Source: an uncultured Acidobacteriaceae bacterium
GTDB taxonomy: Bacteria; Acidobacteriota; Terriglobia; Terriglobales; Acidobacteriaceae
Assembly: GCA_963800565.1 (NCBI GenBank)
Contig: CAWDBM010000008.1
Location: 308,111 to 372,110 of the forward strand
Direction: 5' to 3'
DNA length: 64,000 bases
The notes below the pieces were generated by a model. The model saw only the letters and a list, made by a program, of their open reading frames with translations. It was not told the origin of the DNA and ran no database searches. Position numbers and translations under genes: made by a program. Positions 34,868 to 44,490 of this stretch are shown piece by piece (the first letter of the stretch is position 1; every line of letters starts with the position of its first letter).

Positions 34868-34938
34868 AGGTACTCAGATGAAGCTCGCATTGCAGGTGGT
34901 GAAGCTTTCAGGTTTTCAGACTCGGAGGTGATTGCGCT

Positions 34939-35259
34939 GTGCCCGGACCGATTTTGCATATGGGAGCGACTGTGATGTGCGCGCACGGTGGCCAAGCCAT
35001 CCCGACGGTTCCGAGCCCTGTGGTCATGGTTTCGGGCATGCCGATTGCGACCATCGCCGCACCCTATGCCGTCGCGGGCTGCGCATTTATTCCGCCCGCT
35101 GGCAACGGGCCCTGCGTCACGGCGCAGTGGATAGTGGGCGCGGTGCAAGTGCTGTCGCAGGGACAGCCGGTCGCGATCATGACTGGAGTCGCATCATGCG
35201 TTCCAACCGGCACACCGCTGCTGCCGGTGGCAGCACAAACCATGGTGCTGGCTACATGA
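34939..35259 (+). CDS. PAAR-like / DUF4280-like spike-tip protein
   Basis: GTG start. GATVMCAHGGQA...VMVSGMPIATI...GCAF...GPCVTAQW...VLSQGQPV is a small Cys/Gly-rich beta protein next to the spike. Confidence 0.7.
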   Translation: MPGPILHMGATVMCAHGGQAIPTVPSPVVMVSGMPIATIAAPYAVAGCAFIPPAGNGPCVTAQWIVGAVQVLSQGQPVAIMTGVASCVPTGTPLLPVAAQTMVLAT

Positions 35260-35312
35260 ATCGGTGACGAGATTTACAACCGCAAATGCGGTTGCGCATG
35301 AAGGAAGATGCC

Positions 35313-35681
35313 ATGGCTACGTATCCCAGCTTTCCCTACCAATTCGATGGACGCGGGCGCACCCAGCAGGCGGCGTTGGCCGATTTCATCAACCACCTGG
35401 TTGAGCAGGTGCTCTTTACCTCACCGGGCGAGCGCGTAAACCTGCCTGACTTCGGCAGCGGACTTTTGCAATTACCCTTCGCGCCCAACAGCCTGGAGAT
35501 GGCCGCGGCCACGCAGTTCTCGGTTCAGGCGGCGCTCCAGAAATGGCTCAGCAATTACGTGAAGGTGCAGTCGGTGGTCGCGACCGCGCAGGATGAGGTG
35601 CTGACGGTGACCGTTACTTACTCTCCGCTCAACACCGACGTGACGCAGGTGCAGACCTTCGTCTATGGGAGCAGTTCATGA
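35313..35681 (+). CDS. baseplate wedge protein (GPW/gp25 family)
   Basis: FPYQFDGRGRT....INHLVEQVLFTSPGERVNLPDFGSGL. ATG 35313 follows gaaggaag. Confidence 0.88.
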   Translation: MATYPSFPYQFDGRGRTQQAALADFINHLVEQVLFTSPGERVNLPDFGSGLLQLPFAPNSLEMAAATQFSVQAALQKWLSNYVKVQSVVATAQDEVLTVTVTYSPLNTDVTQVQTFVYGSSS

Positions 35682-38600
35682 TTTATTCGTGCTGCAACGA
35701 GAATCGCAAAAGTGCGGTTCTGAATAATCCGGGCACCATCAACACGACTCCATCGGTCGATGCCGCAGGCACCGGATACATCGTCGGCGACGTGCTCACG
35801 ATCGCGCAGGTTGGGTCCAGCGGAACCGCCACGGTGACCGTTACCGCAATCTCCGCAGGCGGCGGTGTTACCACCGTCTCGCTGGTACAGAACGGAACCA
35901 AATACAGCATAGCAGTGGGAGTGCCGACAACTGGCGGCAGCGGCTCGGGCTGCACCCTGAATATTTCTGGTACACCCAACGGCGTCAACTACCTCGAAGT
36001 GCTTGACCATGATGCCATCCCGCTCGGCCTGCCACGGCAACAGATTCTGATGATTCATTGCTTGCGGCCGGCGCCCTCCACGTTGACGACGGACAATATC
36101 CTGATCGCCGGCGGCGAGAGCATCACGGGTATCGTCGCCAATTGGGTTACGCCTGCAACCGCTCCGCCGCCGAGTTGGACAGCTCCGCAACAAAACTATT
36201 TCACATCACTTCCCGATGCTCCGAATGTGCTGCTCGTGCAAACAAGCGTCGCCGGCGATTTCTCTCCTTACACATTGCGGCTGGTCAACGATATCGGGCA
36301 CGCCGAGGAAGATCCGTTCCAGGTCACGGACGTTCTGACTGGGTTCGATCCGCAACTGGCTGAGGGTCAGTTCTCGTTCAAGGTGGAATGCGGCCCGAAT
36401 TTCGATTGCGCTCCTCAATCTCCCGACTGCCCTCCGCAGCTTCCGCCGCCGCCGCCGATCAATTATCTGGCCAAGGATTACGGCAGCTTCCGCAGCATCA
36501 TGCTCGATCGGCTGAGTCAACTCCTGCCGAACTGGAACGCCACCAGTGAAGCGGACATGGGCATCGCTCTGGCAGAGTTGATTTCCTATGTCGGCGACCG
36601 CCTGAGTTATCAGCAGGACGCGATCGCGACCGAAGCTTATATCGAGACTGCGCGCAGCCGAATTTCACTGCGCCGGCATGCGCTTCTCGTCGACTATCAC
36701 GTGCACGACGGTTGCAATGCGCGAGCCTGGATTCAGGTCAATGTCTCAGGCAATACGGGTGACAAGATTTTTATGGATCGCACGGTCACCCGCTTCTACA
36801 CAGCGGCGCCCGGCATCTCTATCAGTCTCGACGATCTCGCAGATCGAGAAGCGGCGCTCCGCGGTGGAGTGCAGTTCTTCGAGCCGATGTGGGATCAGAT
36901 TCTCAACCCGGAACTCAATCAGCTGTCTTTTTACACCTGGGGCGACGAGAACTGCTGCCTGCCTCAGGGCGCGACGGAAGCCACGCTGCTCGGCTCGTTC
37001 CCGACTCTCCAACCGGGCGACGTACTCATCTTTCAGGAGATGATGGGACCGCAAACCGGCGACGCGGCAGACGCGGATATTCGTCACCGCTGCGCGCTAC
37101 GGTTGACCGAAGTCGCAACTCAGGACGCGAGCGGTAATCCGCTAGTCGATCCACTCTTCGAGAATGGAACGGGGAAGCCGATTGAAAGTCCGGCGCAAAA
37201 GCCCACGCCGGTCACAGAAATTCAGTGGTCCCATGATGACGCCCTTCCCTTTCCGGTGTGCATCTCGTCAACCTACGTCGACGCTGACGGCGATACGAAA
37301 CCGCTGACGAATCTAAGTTTGGTCTTCGGCAATGTGGTGTTAGCCGATCATGGCCTGTCGTTGGATGGTGTGCCCCTTGGCAATGTCCCCGCGCCGCGAA
37401 TTTACCTGCCACCGAATCCGGCCGCCGATCGCTGCCAGAATCCTCTTCCCACGCCCGTGCCAGCGCGCTTCCGGCCCCAGATTCCCGATAGCCCACTGAC
37501 GCAGGCGGTTCCGCTCACGCAAGTTTCCATCGGCGAACTGGGCAATCCGCAGACTGCGGGCGTCGTGCAATTAGCGGATACGGGCTTTGTCAGCCTGACA
37601 AATTCCGAGGGATTTGCCTGCCTCCCGCTCGAGGCGACTAACGCTGCCGGTTGGCCGCAGTTGTTTGGAGTGAAGGTTGCGCCGAATTTGGGACATCCCG
37701 GCAACTTCGATCTGGCAGTCGTGTATGACCCGTCGGAGGGAGGCTCCGGAGTTTTTCAGCTCGCGACGGTGGAGGCGTTCACCGACCTCTCTTTAAATTC
37801 GGCAGATCCGAATTACGTCGTCACTCAAATCAACGGCACATCCCAGTTGATTCAAGTGCTTCCTCCGCCGGGAACTACTCCCGCGGGATTTCCCGCGACG
37901 CCAACTCTGCTGTCGAATTCAGGGCCAGTCGACCTCGAAGACCTGAGCAGTCACACGTATCTCTCGCTGCAACCTCTCAGTCCATCCAACTGGCCGGCGC
38001 TATTTGGAGTAGCGGCTCAAGCCAGTAGCAATCCCACATATTTTGACCTCACCGTGGTTTACAACCCGCCCTCGGCCGTCGGCGCCGTCACGCTTCCTGT
38101 GACGCTGGAGAAATTCACCAACCTCTCGCTATCGACGTCTGCAAGCCAGGTCAACGGCAATTCAAATTTGATCACGCTCGAAAGCTTCGCCAGCACCGCG
38201 GACTCCAGCCTGTCGGCTTACGACATGATGAATTTCGACCCGAGCCAGGCCGTGCCCGCAATCACCTTGAGCGGAACTTTGAACAGCAACACCGCGACGT
38301 GGAATCCTGAACAGGATCTATTGGAGAGCGGCGAGTGGGACAAAGTTTTTGTGGTGGAGATTGAATACACCGGCGCGGCTACGCTGCGCTTTGGCGATAA
38401 CACCAACGGCCTTGCTCCCGATACGGGCACGGTTTTTGTCGCCGACTATCGCATCGGCAACGGCACAGCAGGCAACGTGGGCGCCGACAGCCTTACGCAG
38501 TTGGTAGCGGGCGATGCACGAATCCAAACGTGCCGCAATCCTCTGCCCGCAACCGGAGGGACGGCTCCGGAAACGAACGATCAGATTCGGCGGCGCGCGC

Positions 38601-39217
38601 CACAGGCGTTTCTCACTCAAGAGAGAGCAGTCACCATGGCCGATTACGCGGCCGTGACTGAACAGAATTCTCAAGTCGATCAGGCAGTCGCCACCCTCCG
38701 CTGGACGGGGAGTTGGTACACGGTGTTCGTCGCGGTTGAGCCGCAAGGCGCAGGCAATCTTACCCCGACGCTGCAAAAGACACTGAAGAAATACGTCGAG
38801 CGCTATCACCTTGCCGGGCAGGATCTCGAACTCGATTCTCCACAATATGTTCCTTTGCAGATCACGCTCAACATTTGCGTCGATCCCAATTACTTCCAGA
38901 GCTACGTGGAAGAGTCTCTGCAACAGGTGTTAGGCAGCGGCATCTCGTCGAGTGAACAGAAAGGGCTTTTCTATCCTGACAATTTTACTTTTGGCCAGAC
39001 CGTGTACTTGAGTCCAATCTACGCGGCCGCCCGGTCTGTGGCGGGAGTGGTCGCCGTGACCGCGACGACGTTTCAGCCGCAGGGGGTGAATGCGACGACG
39101 CAATATCTCGACGCCGGCGAGATAAAGCTCGGACCGCTCCAAATCGCGCGCCTGGCCAACGATCCCAGCTATCCGAATCATGGGCAGTTGACACTGGTGC
39201 TCGAGGGCGGCAAATGA
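35678..39217 (+). CDS. large baseplate J-like protein (gp6/gpJ, Afp11-like)
   Basis: C-terminal YRIGNGTAGNVGADSLTQLV...NPLPATGGTAPETNDQIRRRAPQAF...AVTMADY is the Baseplate_J signature. 1179 aa, with an N-terminal CC pair. Confidence 0.85.
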   Translation: MIYSCCNENRKSAVLNNPGTINTTPSVDAAGTGYIVGDVLTIAQVGSSGTATVTVTAISAGGGVTTVSLVQNGTKYSIAVGVPTTGGSGSGCTLNISGTPNGVNYLEVLDHDAIPLGLPRQQILMIHCLRPAPSTLTTDNILIAGGESITGIVANWVTPATAPPPSWTAPQQNYFTSLPDAPNVLLVQTSVAGDFSPYTLRLVNDIGHAEEDPFQVTDVLTGFDPQLAEGQFSFKVECGPNFDCAPQSPDCPPQLPPPPPINYLAKDYGSFRSIMLDRLSQLLPNWNATSEADMGIALAELISYVGDRLSYQQDAIATEAYIETARSRISLRRHALLVDYHVHDGCNARAWIQVNVSGNTGDKIFMDRTVTRFYTAAPGISISLDDLADREAALRGGVQFFEPMWDQILNPELNQLSFYTWGDENCCLPQGATEATLLGSFPTLQPGDVLIFQEMMGPQTGDAADADIRHRCALRLTEVATQDASGNPLVDPLFENGTGKPIESPAQKPTPVTEIQWSHDDALPFPVCISSTYVDADGDTKPLTNLSLVFGNVVLADHGLSLDGVPLGNVPAPRIYLPPNPAADRCQNPLPTPVPARFRPQIPDSPLTQAVPLTQVSIGELGNPQTAGVVQLADTGFVSLTNSEGFACLPLEATNAAGWPQLFGVKVAPNLGHPGNFDLAVVYDPSEGGSGVFQLATVEAFTDLSLNSADPNYVVTQINGTSQLIQVLPPPGTTPAGFPATPTLLSNSGPVDLEDLSSHTYLSLQPLSPSNWPALFGVAAQASSNPTYFDLTVVYNPPSAVGAVTLPVTLEKFTNLSLSTSASQVNGNSNLITLESFASTADSSLSAYDMMNFDPSQAVPAITLSGTLNSNTATWNPEQDLLESGEWDKVFVVEIEYTGAATLRFGDNTNGLAPDTGTVFVADYRIGNGTAGNVGADSLTQLVAGDARIQTCRNPLPATGGTAPETNDQIRRRAPQAFLTQERAVTMADYAAVTEQNSQVDQAVATLRWTGSWYTVFVAVEPQGAGNLTPTLQKTLKKYVERYHLAGQDLELDSPQYVPLQITLNICVDPNYFQSYVEESLQQVLGSGISSSEQKGLFYPDNFTFGQTVYLSPIYAAARSVAGVVAVTATTFQPQGVNATTQYLDAGEIKLGPLQIARLANDPSYPNHGQLTLVLEGGK

Positions 39218-39334
39218 ACCGGCGATCGAGTTCGAGGATGACGCGAGAACAACGCGCGAACTCGCAATCACCCGCAACCGCAATTGCTCGAAGCGGGAAC
39301 AGGACTTGAACGAAACTTTGAACGGAACGAAGAC

Positions 39335-42226
39335 ATGAGTTGCACGGGAAACTGCAATTGCGATTGCGGCTGCTGCGCCGGAACCAGCGTCCAGACGCCC
39401 CAGCTCGAGACGAATCTGCCGGGGCTGCCAGCGATCTCCTACCGTGCGGGAACGTGGGCCACGTTCAAGGAATCGATGCTGGCGCGGCTTTCCAGTTCGG
39501 ACTATCCCGCGCTCACCACGCTCAAAACTCGCGAAGATGACGATTTCACAATCGCCTTTCTCGACGCCACCTCGGTAGTACTGGACATCCTCACCTTCTA
39601 TCAGGAGCGCCTGGCGAACGAAAGCTACCTGCGAACTGCCGGCCAATTGCGATCGCTCGTCGAACTCTCGCGATTGATCGGCTATCAGCCCGCACCTGGC
39701 GTCTCAGCCTCGGTCTATGTTGCATTTACTTTGAAGGCCGCGCCTGGCCAGGCGCCTGATCCATCCGCTCCAGCGATCGTTATTCCCCAGAGCACGCAGA
39801 TGCAGAGTGTGCCAGCGCAGGGGCAGACGCCGCAAACCTTTGAAACCTCCGGCCCCATTCCTGCCAAGCCCGACTGGAACGCGCTGCCAGTTCAAACCGG
39901 CGCGCCCTGGGCGCCGCAACTCGACGACATGAGCGTCTATCTTCAGAGCACCGCCACGCAGTTGCAACCGGGCGATCTGATTCTCATTGTGGGCGATGAG
40001 AGGGCAAATCCAGACAATCCATCCAGCGATCGGTGGGATGTGCGCATGGTCACGACCGTCACGGCGGATGGCCAGAACAATCGCACGTACGTGGAGTGGA
40101 GCGAGGGGCTAGGAGATAAGTCCGCACACGTCAATCCCGCACAGAAGCACCCGAAGTTTTACGCCTTCCGCCAGCGCGTCAGCCTCTTCGGATATAACGC
40201 GGTCAGCCCGGTGATGCTCGCTAAAAAAACATTGGATGCTTTACAGGCCGATCACCTGGTTAATAGTGCCACTCCGCCCGACTGGGAGTTCGCTCCCCCC
40301 AGCTCGGGCGCGTTGATTGATCTGGATGCGGTGTACGGCAAAATCATTTTTGATAGCTGGATCGCCCTGGTGCGGCCCGACGCAAATACCGCGCGGTCGC
40401 CGGCCGGCGTTGTCACCCTCTACCAAGTCAAGTCGGTCAGCGCGATCGCGCGATCGGACTATTCCGTCAGTGCGAAGATCACGCGCGCGGCCGTCGATAC
40501 GGGTACCGAGCTTACTAACTACTACTCCGCGACGCGCCAGACGTCCGCGCTCGCGCAGAGCGAAGAGCTTGACGTTGCCGAGCAACCGCTGACCTATCCG
40601 CTCTACGGGTCAACGATCGATCTTCAAGATCTTCGCCCCGATCTGGCGCAAGCCACGGTGGTAGCGCTGTTCGGCAACCGGCAAAAACTGAGCGTCAATG
40701 TGGATGGATTGAGTTTCGCCCCCGATGACGGCTCGGCATCGCTAACTCTAAATCCTGGCGACTCAGTAACTCTCACCGACCCGACTCCGCTGCTTACAAT
40801 AAGCGCGGGCGCGTGGACGAGCGGCTCGGGCACACTCACGCTGAGCGTGGAAGATGCCGCTGGGCGTCCCGGCACAGTGCAGGCCGATTTGACTGATTTT
40901 GCCCTCGCGCCACCGGCAAAAAGCGACCCTGAAGTCAGCGAATGCGCGCTGGTGCAAACCATCACTACCCCCACCGACCCTTATCCCCACACGCTCATAA
41001 CCTTGCAAGCGCCGCTCCAGAACTGCTACAGCCGCCCGGCGACTATGGTCAATTTCAACGTGGTCATGGCCACCAATGGCCGGTCGGTAAGCGAGGTGAT
41101 GGGAAACGGCAGCGCCTCTACTCCCAATCAGAGTTTCACACTGAAGCAGTCTCCACTTACATACGTGCAGGCCGCAACTACCACCGGAAGGCAAAGCACA
41201 CTGCAAGTGCAGGTCAGCGGAGTGGACTGGACAGAAGTCCCCACGCTCTATCAGCAACCGTCCTCGGCGCAGGTCTTCGCAACTCTGAACGAGTCGGACG
41301 GCACTACAGACGTCCTCTTTGGCGACGGCGTGGAAGGCGCGACGCTGCCAACCGGTCAAAACAATCTTCAGGCGAACTACAGAATTGGATCGGGCTCGGG
41401 CGGCAATGTCAGCGCCGGAAGTTTGACAACTTTAGTCGATCGGCCGCTCGGAGTTAGTGGCGTCACTAATCCTCAAAACGCAGCTGGCGGACAGGATCCG
41501 CAATCCGTCCACGACATCCGCAGCAATGCTCCGCAGACGGTTCTCACTCTCGGTCGCGCGGTCTCAATCACGGACTATCAGAACTTCGCTTCGACTTATG
41601 CCGGTGTCGCCAAGGCTTACGCTATCTGGATTCCGTCCGGCCCTGCGCGCGGCGTTTTTCTGACAGTCGCTGGCGTAGACGGCGAAGCCTTAACGTCATC
41701 GACTCCTACGCTCGCTTATCTAACCGCCTCTTTGAAGAGTTACGGCAATCCGCTGATCCCCATCACGGTCGTGTCATATCTCGAGACCATCTTCAGCCTC
41801 TCGGCGGATTTGCAATACGATCCGGCCCACAGTCAGCCGGCGGTTGAGGCGCAGGTTTTGCAGACGCTGACGCAAACCTACAGTTTTGCCAATCGAGATT
41901 TCGGCCAAGGCGTGTCGGGGGATGAAGTAGCGACGGTAATCCAGGGAGTTCCAGGCGTGATCGCCGTAAACGTGACGTCCCTTCAAATCGTCGCAACGAC
42001 TTCGGCCGGAGATCTCGCAAGCCAGGGTGGAGCGTTCACCATCACCGAACTGAACAACTGGTTGCTGAAGGAGATCACGCCGCCGCTGCCGCGACCGGCT
42101 TCGGGTTCGCCGACGCGCATCTGTCCGTATGTGCCAATACCGAGTCTCACGGCGGCACCGCAACCGGCAGAGATTTTGGTGCTCGATCCCGATCCCACGG
42201 CTGTGACCTTGGGGGTGATGTCATGA
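39335..42226 (+). CDS. second baseplate J-like paralogue (gp7/Afp12-like role)
   Basis: YRIGSGSGGNVSAGSLTTLV...NPQNAAGGQDPQSVHDIRSNAPQTV...AVSITDY. N-terminus MSCTGNCNCDCGCCAG is Cys-rich. ATG 39335 chosen. Confidence 0.8.
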   Translation: MSCTGNCNCDCGCCAGTSVQTPQLETNLPGLPAISYRAGTWATFKESMLARLSSSDYPALTTLKTREDDDFTIAFLDATSVVLDILTFYQERLANESYLRTAGQLRSLVELSRLIGYQPAPGVSASVYVAFTLKAAPGQAPDPSAPAIVIPQSTQMQSVPAQGQTPQTFETSGPIPAKPDWNALPVQTGAPWAPQLDDMSVYLQSTATQLQPGDLILIVGDERANPDNPSSDRWDVRMVTTVTADGQNNRTYVEWSEGLGDKSAHVNPAQKHPKFYAFRQRVSLFGYNAVSPVMLAKKTLDALQADHLVNSATPPDWEFAPPSSGALIDLDAVYGKIIFDSWIALVRPDANTARSPAGVVTLYQVKSVSAIARSDYSVSAKITRAAVDTGTELTNYYSATRQTSALAQSEELDVAEQPLTYPLYGSTIDLQDLRPDLAQATVVALFGNRQKLSVNVDGLSFAPDDGSASLTLNPGDSVTLTDPTPLLTISAGAWTSGSGTLTLSVEDAAGRPGTVQADLTDFALAPPAKSDPEVSECALVQTITTPTDPYPHTLITLQAPLQNCYSRPATMVNFNVVMATNGRSVSEVMGNGSASTPNQSFTLKQSPLTYVQAATTTGRQSTLQVQVSGVDWTEVPTLYQQPSSAQVFATLNESDGTTDVLFGDGVEGATLPTGQNNLQANYRIGSGSGGNVSAGSLTTLVDRPLGVSGVTNPQNAAGGQDPQSVHDIRSNAPQTVLTLGRAVSITDYQNFASTYAGVAKAYAIWIPSGPARGVFLTVAGVDGEALTSSTPTLAYLTASLKSYGNPLIPITVVSYLETIFSLSADLQYDPAHSQPAVEAQVLQTLTQTYSFANRDFGQGVSGDEVATVIQGVPGVIAVNVTSLQIVATTSAGDLASQGGAFTITELNNWLLKEITPPLPRPASGSPTRICPYVPIPSLTAAPQPAEILVLDPDPTAVTLGVMS

Positions 42227-44478
42227 CTACGACAAGTCAGGGCGCTATGGGACAGCGATTGTTCGACCTGATGCCCGCTTTGTACCGCTTGCGAGACGCG
42301 CAAATCGCGCAGTCAAGAAATTTATTGACGGCCGCGGAGCAGGCGCAGTTGGCGGCGTTGCGGGCGCTTACGCCTCCGCTGCCTCCGGTCGAACAGCAGC
42401 AGTTGGATGCGCTGTTGGCCAAGGCCGCTCGCGGTCCCCTGCAATCGTTGCTCATGCTGATTGCAGAGCAGTTGGCAATTGTGGGCGAAGATCTGGATCA
42501 GCTCTACGACAACCAGTTCATCGAAACCTGCGCTCCCTGGGTGATTCCGTACATCGGCGATTTAATCGGCTACCAGGCGGTGAATGGAGTGGCTCCGGCT
42601 GTCGCGAGCCCGCGCGCGGAAGTAGCGAACACAATTTCGTTCCGGCGGCGCAAGGGCACTGTGCTGGTTCTTGAACAGTTGGCGCGCGACGTTACCGGCT
42701 GGGGCGCGCACGCCGTCGAGATGTTCAAGATTTTGGCGGATACGCAATACATGAATCATATTCGCCCGTTCAACCTTTACTCTCCCGACCTCCGGCGGTG
42801 GCAGCCCGGCGAATACATGAACACTGGCTTCGATCGCACCGCGCACAGGGTCGACGTGCGGCGCATAGCGGTCGAGCGCGGCCGTTACAACATCCAGAAC
42901 ATTGGAATTTTCTTGTGGTCGCTGAATGCGTACAGCCTCACCATGCTGCCGGCGACTCCCGTGCCCGGCAATCCGCAGTGTTTCCGCTTCAGCCCGCTCG
43001 GCTGTGACATGTCGTTGTTCAATAATCCGATTTCGCAGGGCGCCGACATTACCGCTCCGGCCGAGCCGCAAAATGTTCCCGACCGTTTGCGACGGCATGT
43101 TCTTTGCCAGGACATCCAGAACATTTTGAACGGCGAGACAGCGGTGCATTACGGCGTGGACCTGAGCCTGGTCCTAAGCGTTGACGACGCACTGCAATCG
43201 ACCATTCAGGTCTGCGATCTGTCGGGCGCCGATGGCAGTTGGGCCAACCTTCCCTCCGCCGGAGGTCCAGTCGCTGTCGATCCTCACCTCGGCCGCATCG
43301 CGGTACCCCCGCCCACTGCCGGCTCTGCGCACCAGGTGCAGGCTTCGTTCTATTACGGCTTCAACGCGGACATGGGCGGCGGAGAATATCCGCGCTCCGC
43401 AACTTTCACCGCGTCACCGGAGCAAGCCCTCATAAGAGTGCCAGGCGACTATCCCACGCTTGACGCCGCGCTTACCGCGCTCGGCGGTGATGGAGTCATC
43501 GAGATCACCGATAGTGGAATCTATTCTGAACCGACCGGCCTTAGCGTTGCCGTGAATGCCAGCGGACACATCGAACTTCGCGCCGCCGACGGCTGCCGGC
43601 CAACATTATTCTTAGGCGCAGAATTCTCGATCACAGGAGGCGCCAACGCTTCGCTAGATCTCAACGGCCTCGTCATTGCTTACGCGCCCTCTGGCGCTGC
43701 CGTTCCGTCCGCGCTGATCCACGCTCCAAATGGCGGAGTCAACCAACTTACCCATCTTGGTCTCACGCATTGCACGCTCGTTCCCGGCTGGGCTTTGACG
43801 ACGTCAGGCGCACCTGAGCCCGCCTACGCCAGCTTGCCTACGCTGCTCGCGGAGACCTCTGGACTGGAGGTAGTGATTCAGAATTCGATCGTCGGCGGAT
43901 TGTGGGTCAACGTAGAAGCCACAGCCAATCTCACGAACAGCATTATGGATGCGACCAGCATGTCGAACGTCGCCTACGCGGCCACCGTCGATTCAGCGAC
44001 GCAACGTCCTCAGCCTGGCGGCGCGCTGACCATGAACGGCTGCACCGTGATCGGGAAAGTTTATGTGTCGCTGCTCAGCCTGGCTTCGGACAGCATCTTC
44101 TGGGCGGAGCTTTCTGCGACAGACTCAGCGGCGACTCCGCCGCTGTGGGATGCGCCTTTGTGGACGACGCGCAAGCAGCAAGGCTGCGTGCGCTTCAGCT
44201 ATCTGCCCGCCGGAGCCATCGTGCCGCGGCAATTCCAATGCGTTGAGCAGGCCGAAGGAATCCCGCAGCCGCTTTTCTACTCGCAGCGTTATGGCGACCC
44301 AGCATACGTCAAACTTTCGCCGCTCACCGATGACACCATCCGTCGGGGGGCCGATGCCGGCGGAGAAATGGGAGCGTTTCATTTCCTGCTCGCTCCCTTG
44401 CGCGACACCGATCTTCGCGTCCGCATGCAGGAATATCTTCCCGTCGGTCTTGAATTCGGAGTCTTTTACGAGAACTGA
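42223..44478 (+). CDS. P2 gpI-like baseplate/tail protein with beta-helix C-terminal part
   Basis: N-terminal RLFDLMPALYRLRDAQ resembles the tail-protein-I family. The central and C-terminal parts have parallel beta-helix-like repeats (NSIVGGLWVNVEATANLTNSIMDAT). Confidence 0.7.
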   Translation: MTTTSQGAMGQRLFDLMPALYRLRDAQIAQSRNLLTAAEQAQLAALRALTPPLPPVEQQQLDALLAKAARGPLQSLLMLIAEQLAIVGEDLDQLYDNQFIETCAPWVIPYIGDLIGYQAVNGVAPAVASPRAEVANTISFRRRKGTVLVLEQLARDVTGWGAHAVEMFKILADTQYMNHIRPFNLYSPDLRRWQPGEYMNTGFDRTAHRVDVRRIAVERGRYNIQNIGIFLWSLNAYSLTMLPATPVPGNPQCFRFSPLGCDMSLFNNPISQGADITAPAEPQNVPDRLRRHVLCQDIQNILNGETAVHYGVDLSLVLSVDDALQSTIQVCDLSGADGSWANLPSAGGPVAVDPHLGRIAVPPPTAGSAHQVQASFYYGFNADMGGGEYPRSATFTASPEQALIRVPGDYPTLDAALTALGGDGVIEITDSGIYSEPTGLSVAVNASGHIELRAADGCRPTLFLGAEFSITGGANASLDLNGLVIAYAPSGAAVPSALIHAPNGGVNQLTHLGLTHCTLVPGWALTTSGAPEPAYASLPTLLAETSGLEVVIQNSIVGGLWVNVEATANLTNSIMDATSMSNVAYAATVDSATQRPQPGGALTMNGCTVIGKVYVSLLSLASDSIFWAELSATDSAATPPLWDAPLWTTRKQQGCVRFSYLPAGAIVPRQFQCVEQAEGIPQPLFYSQRYGDPAYVKLSPLTDDTIRRGADAGGEMGAFHFLLAPLRDTDLRVRMQEYLPVGLEFGVFYEN

Positions 44479-44490
44479 GAGGAACCAGCC

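Noticed and set aside
34879-34894. TGAAGCTCGCATTGCA upstream of the PAAR-like gene as an internal sigma-54 promoter.
   Set aside because: The -24 element reads TGA, not TGG. The invariant GG is missing.
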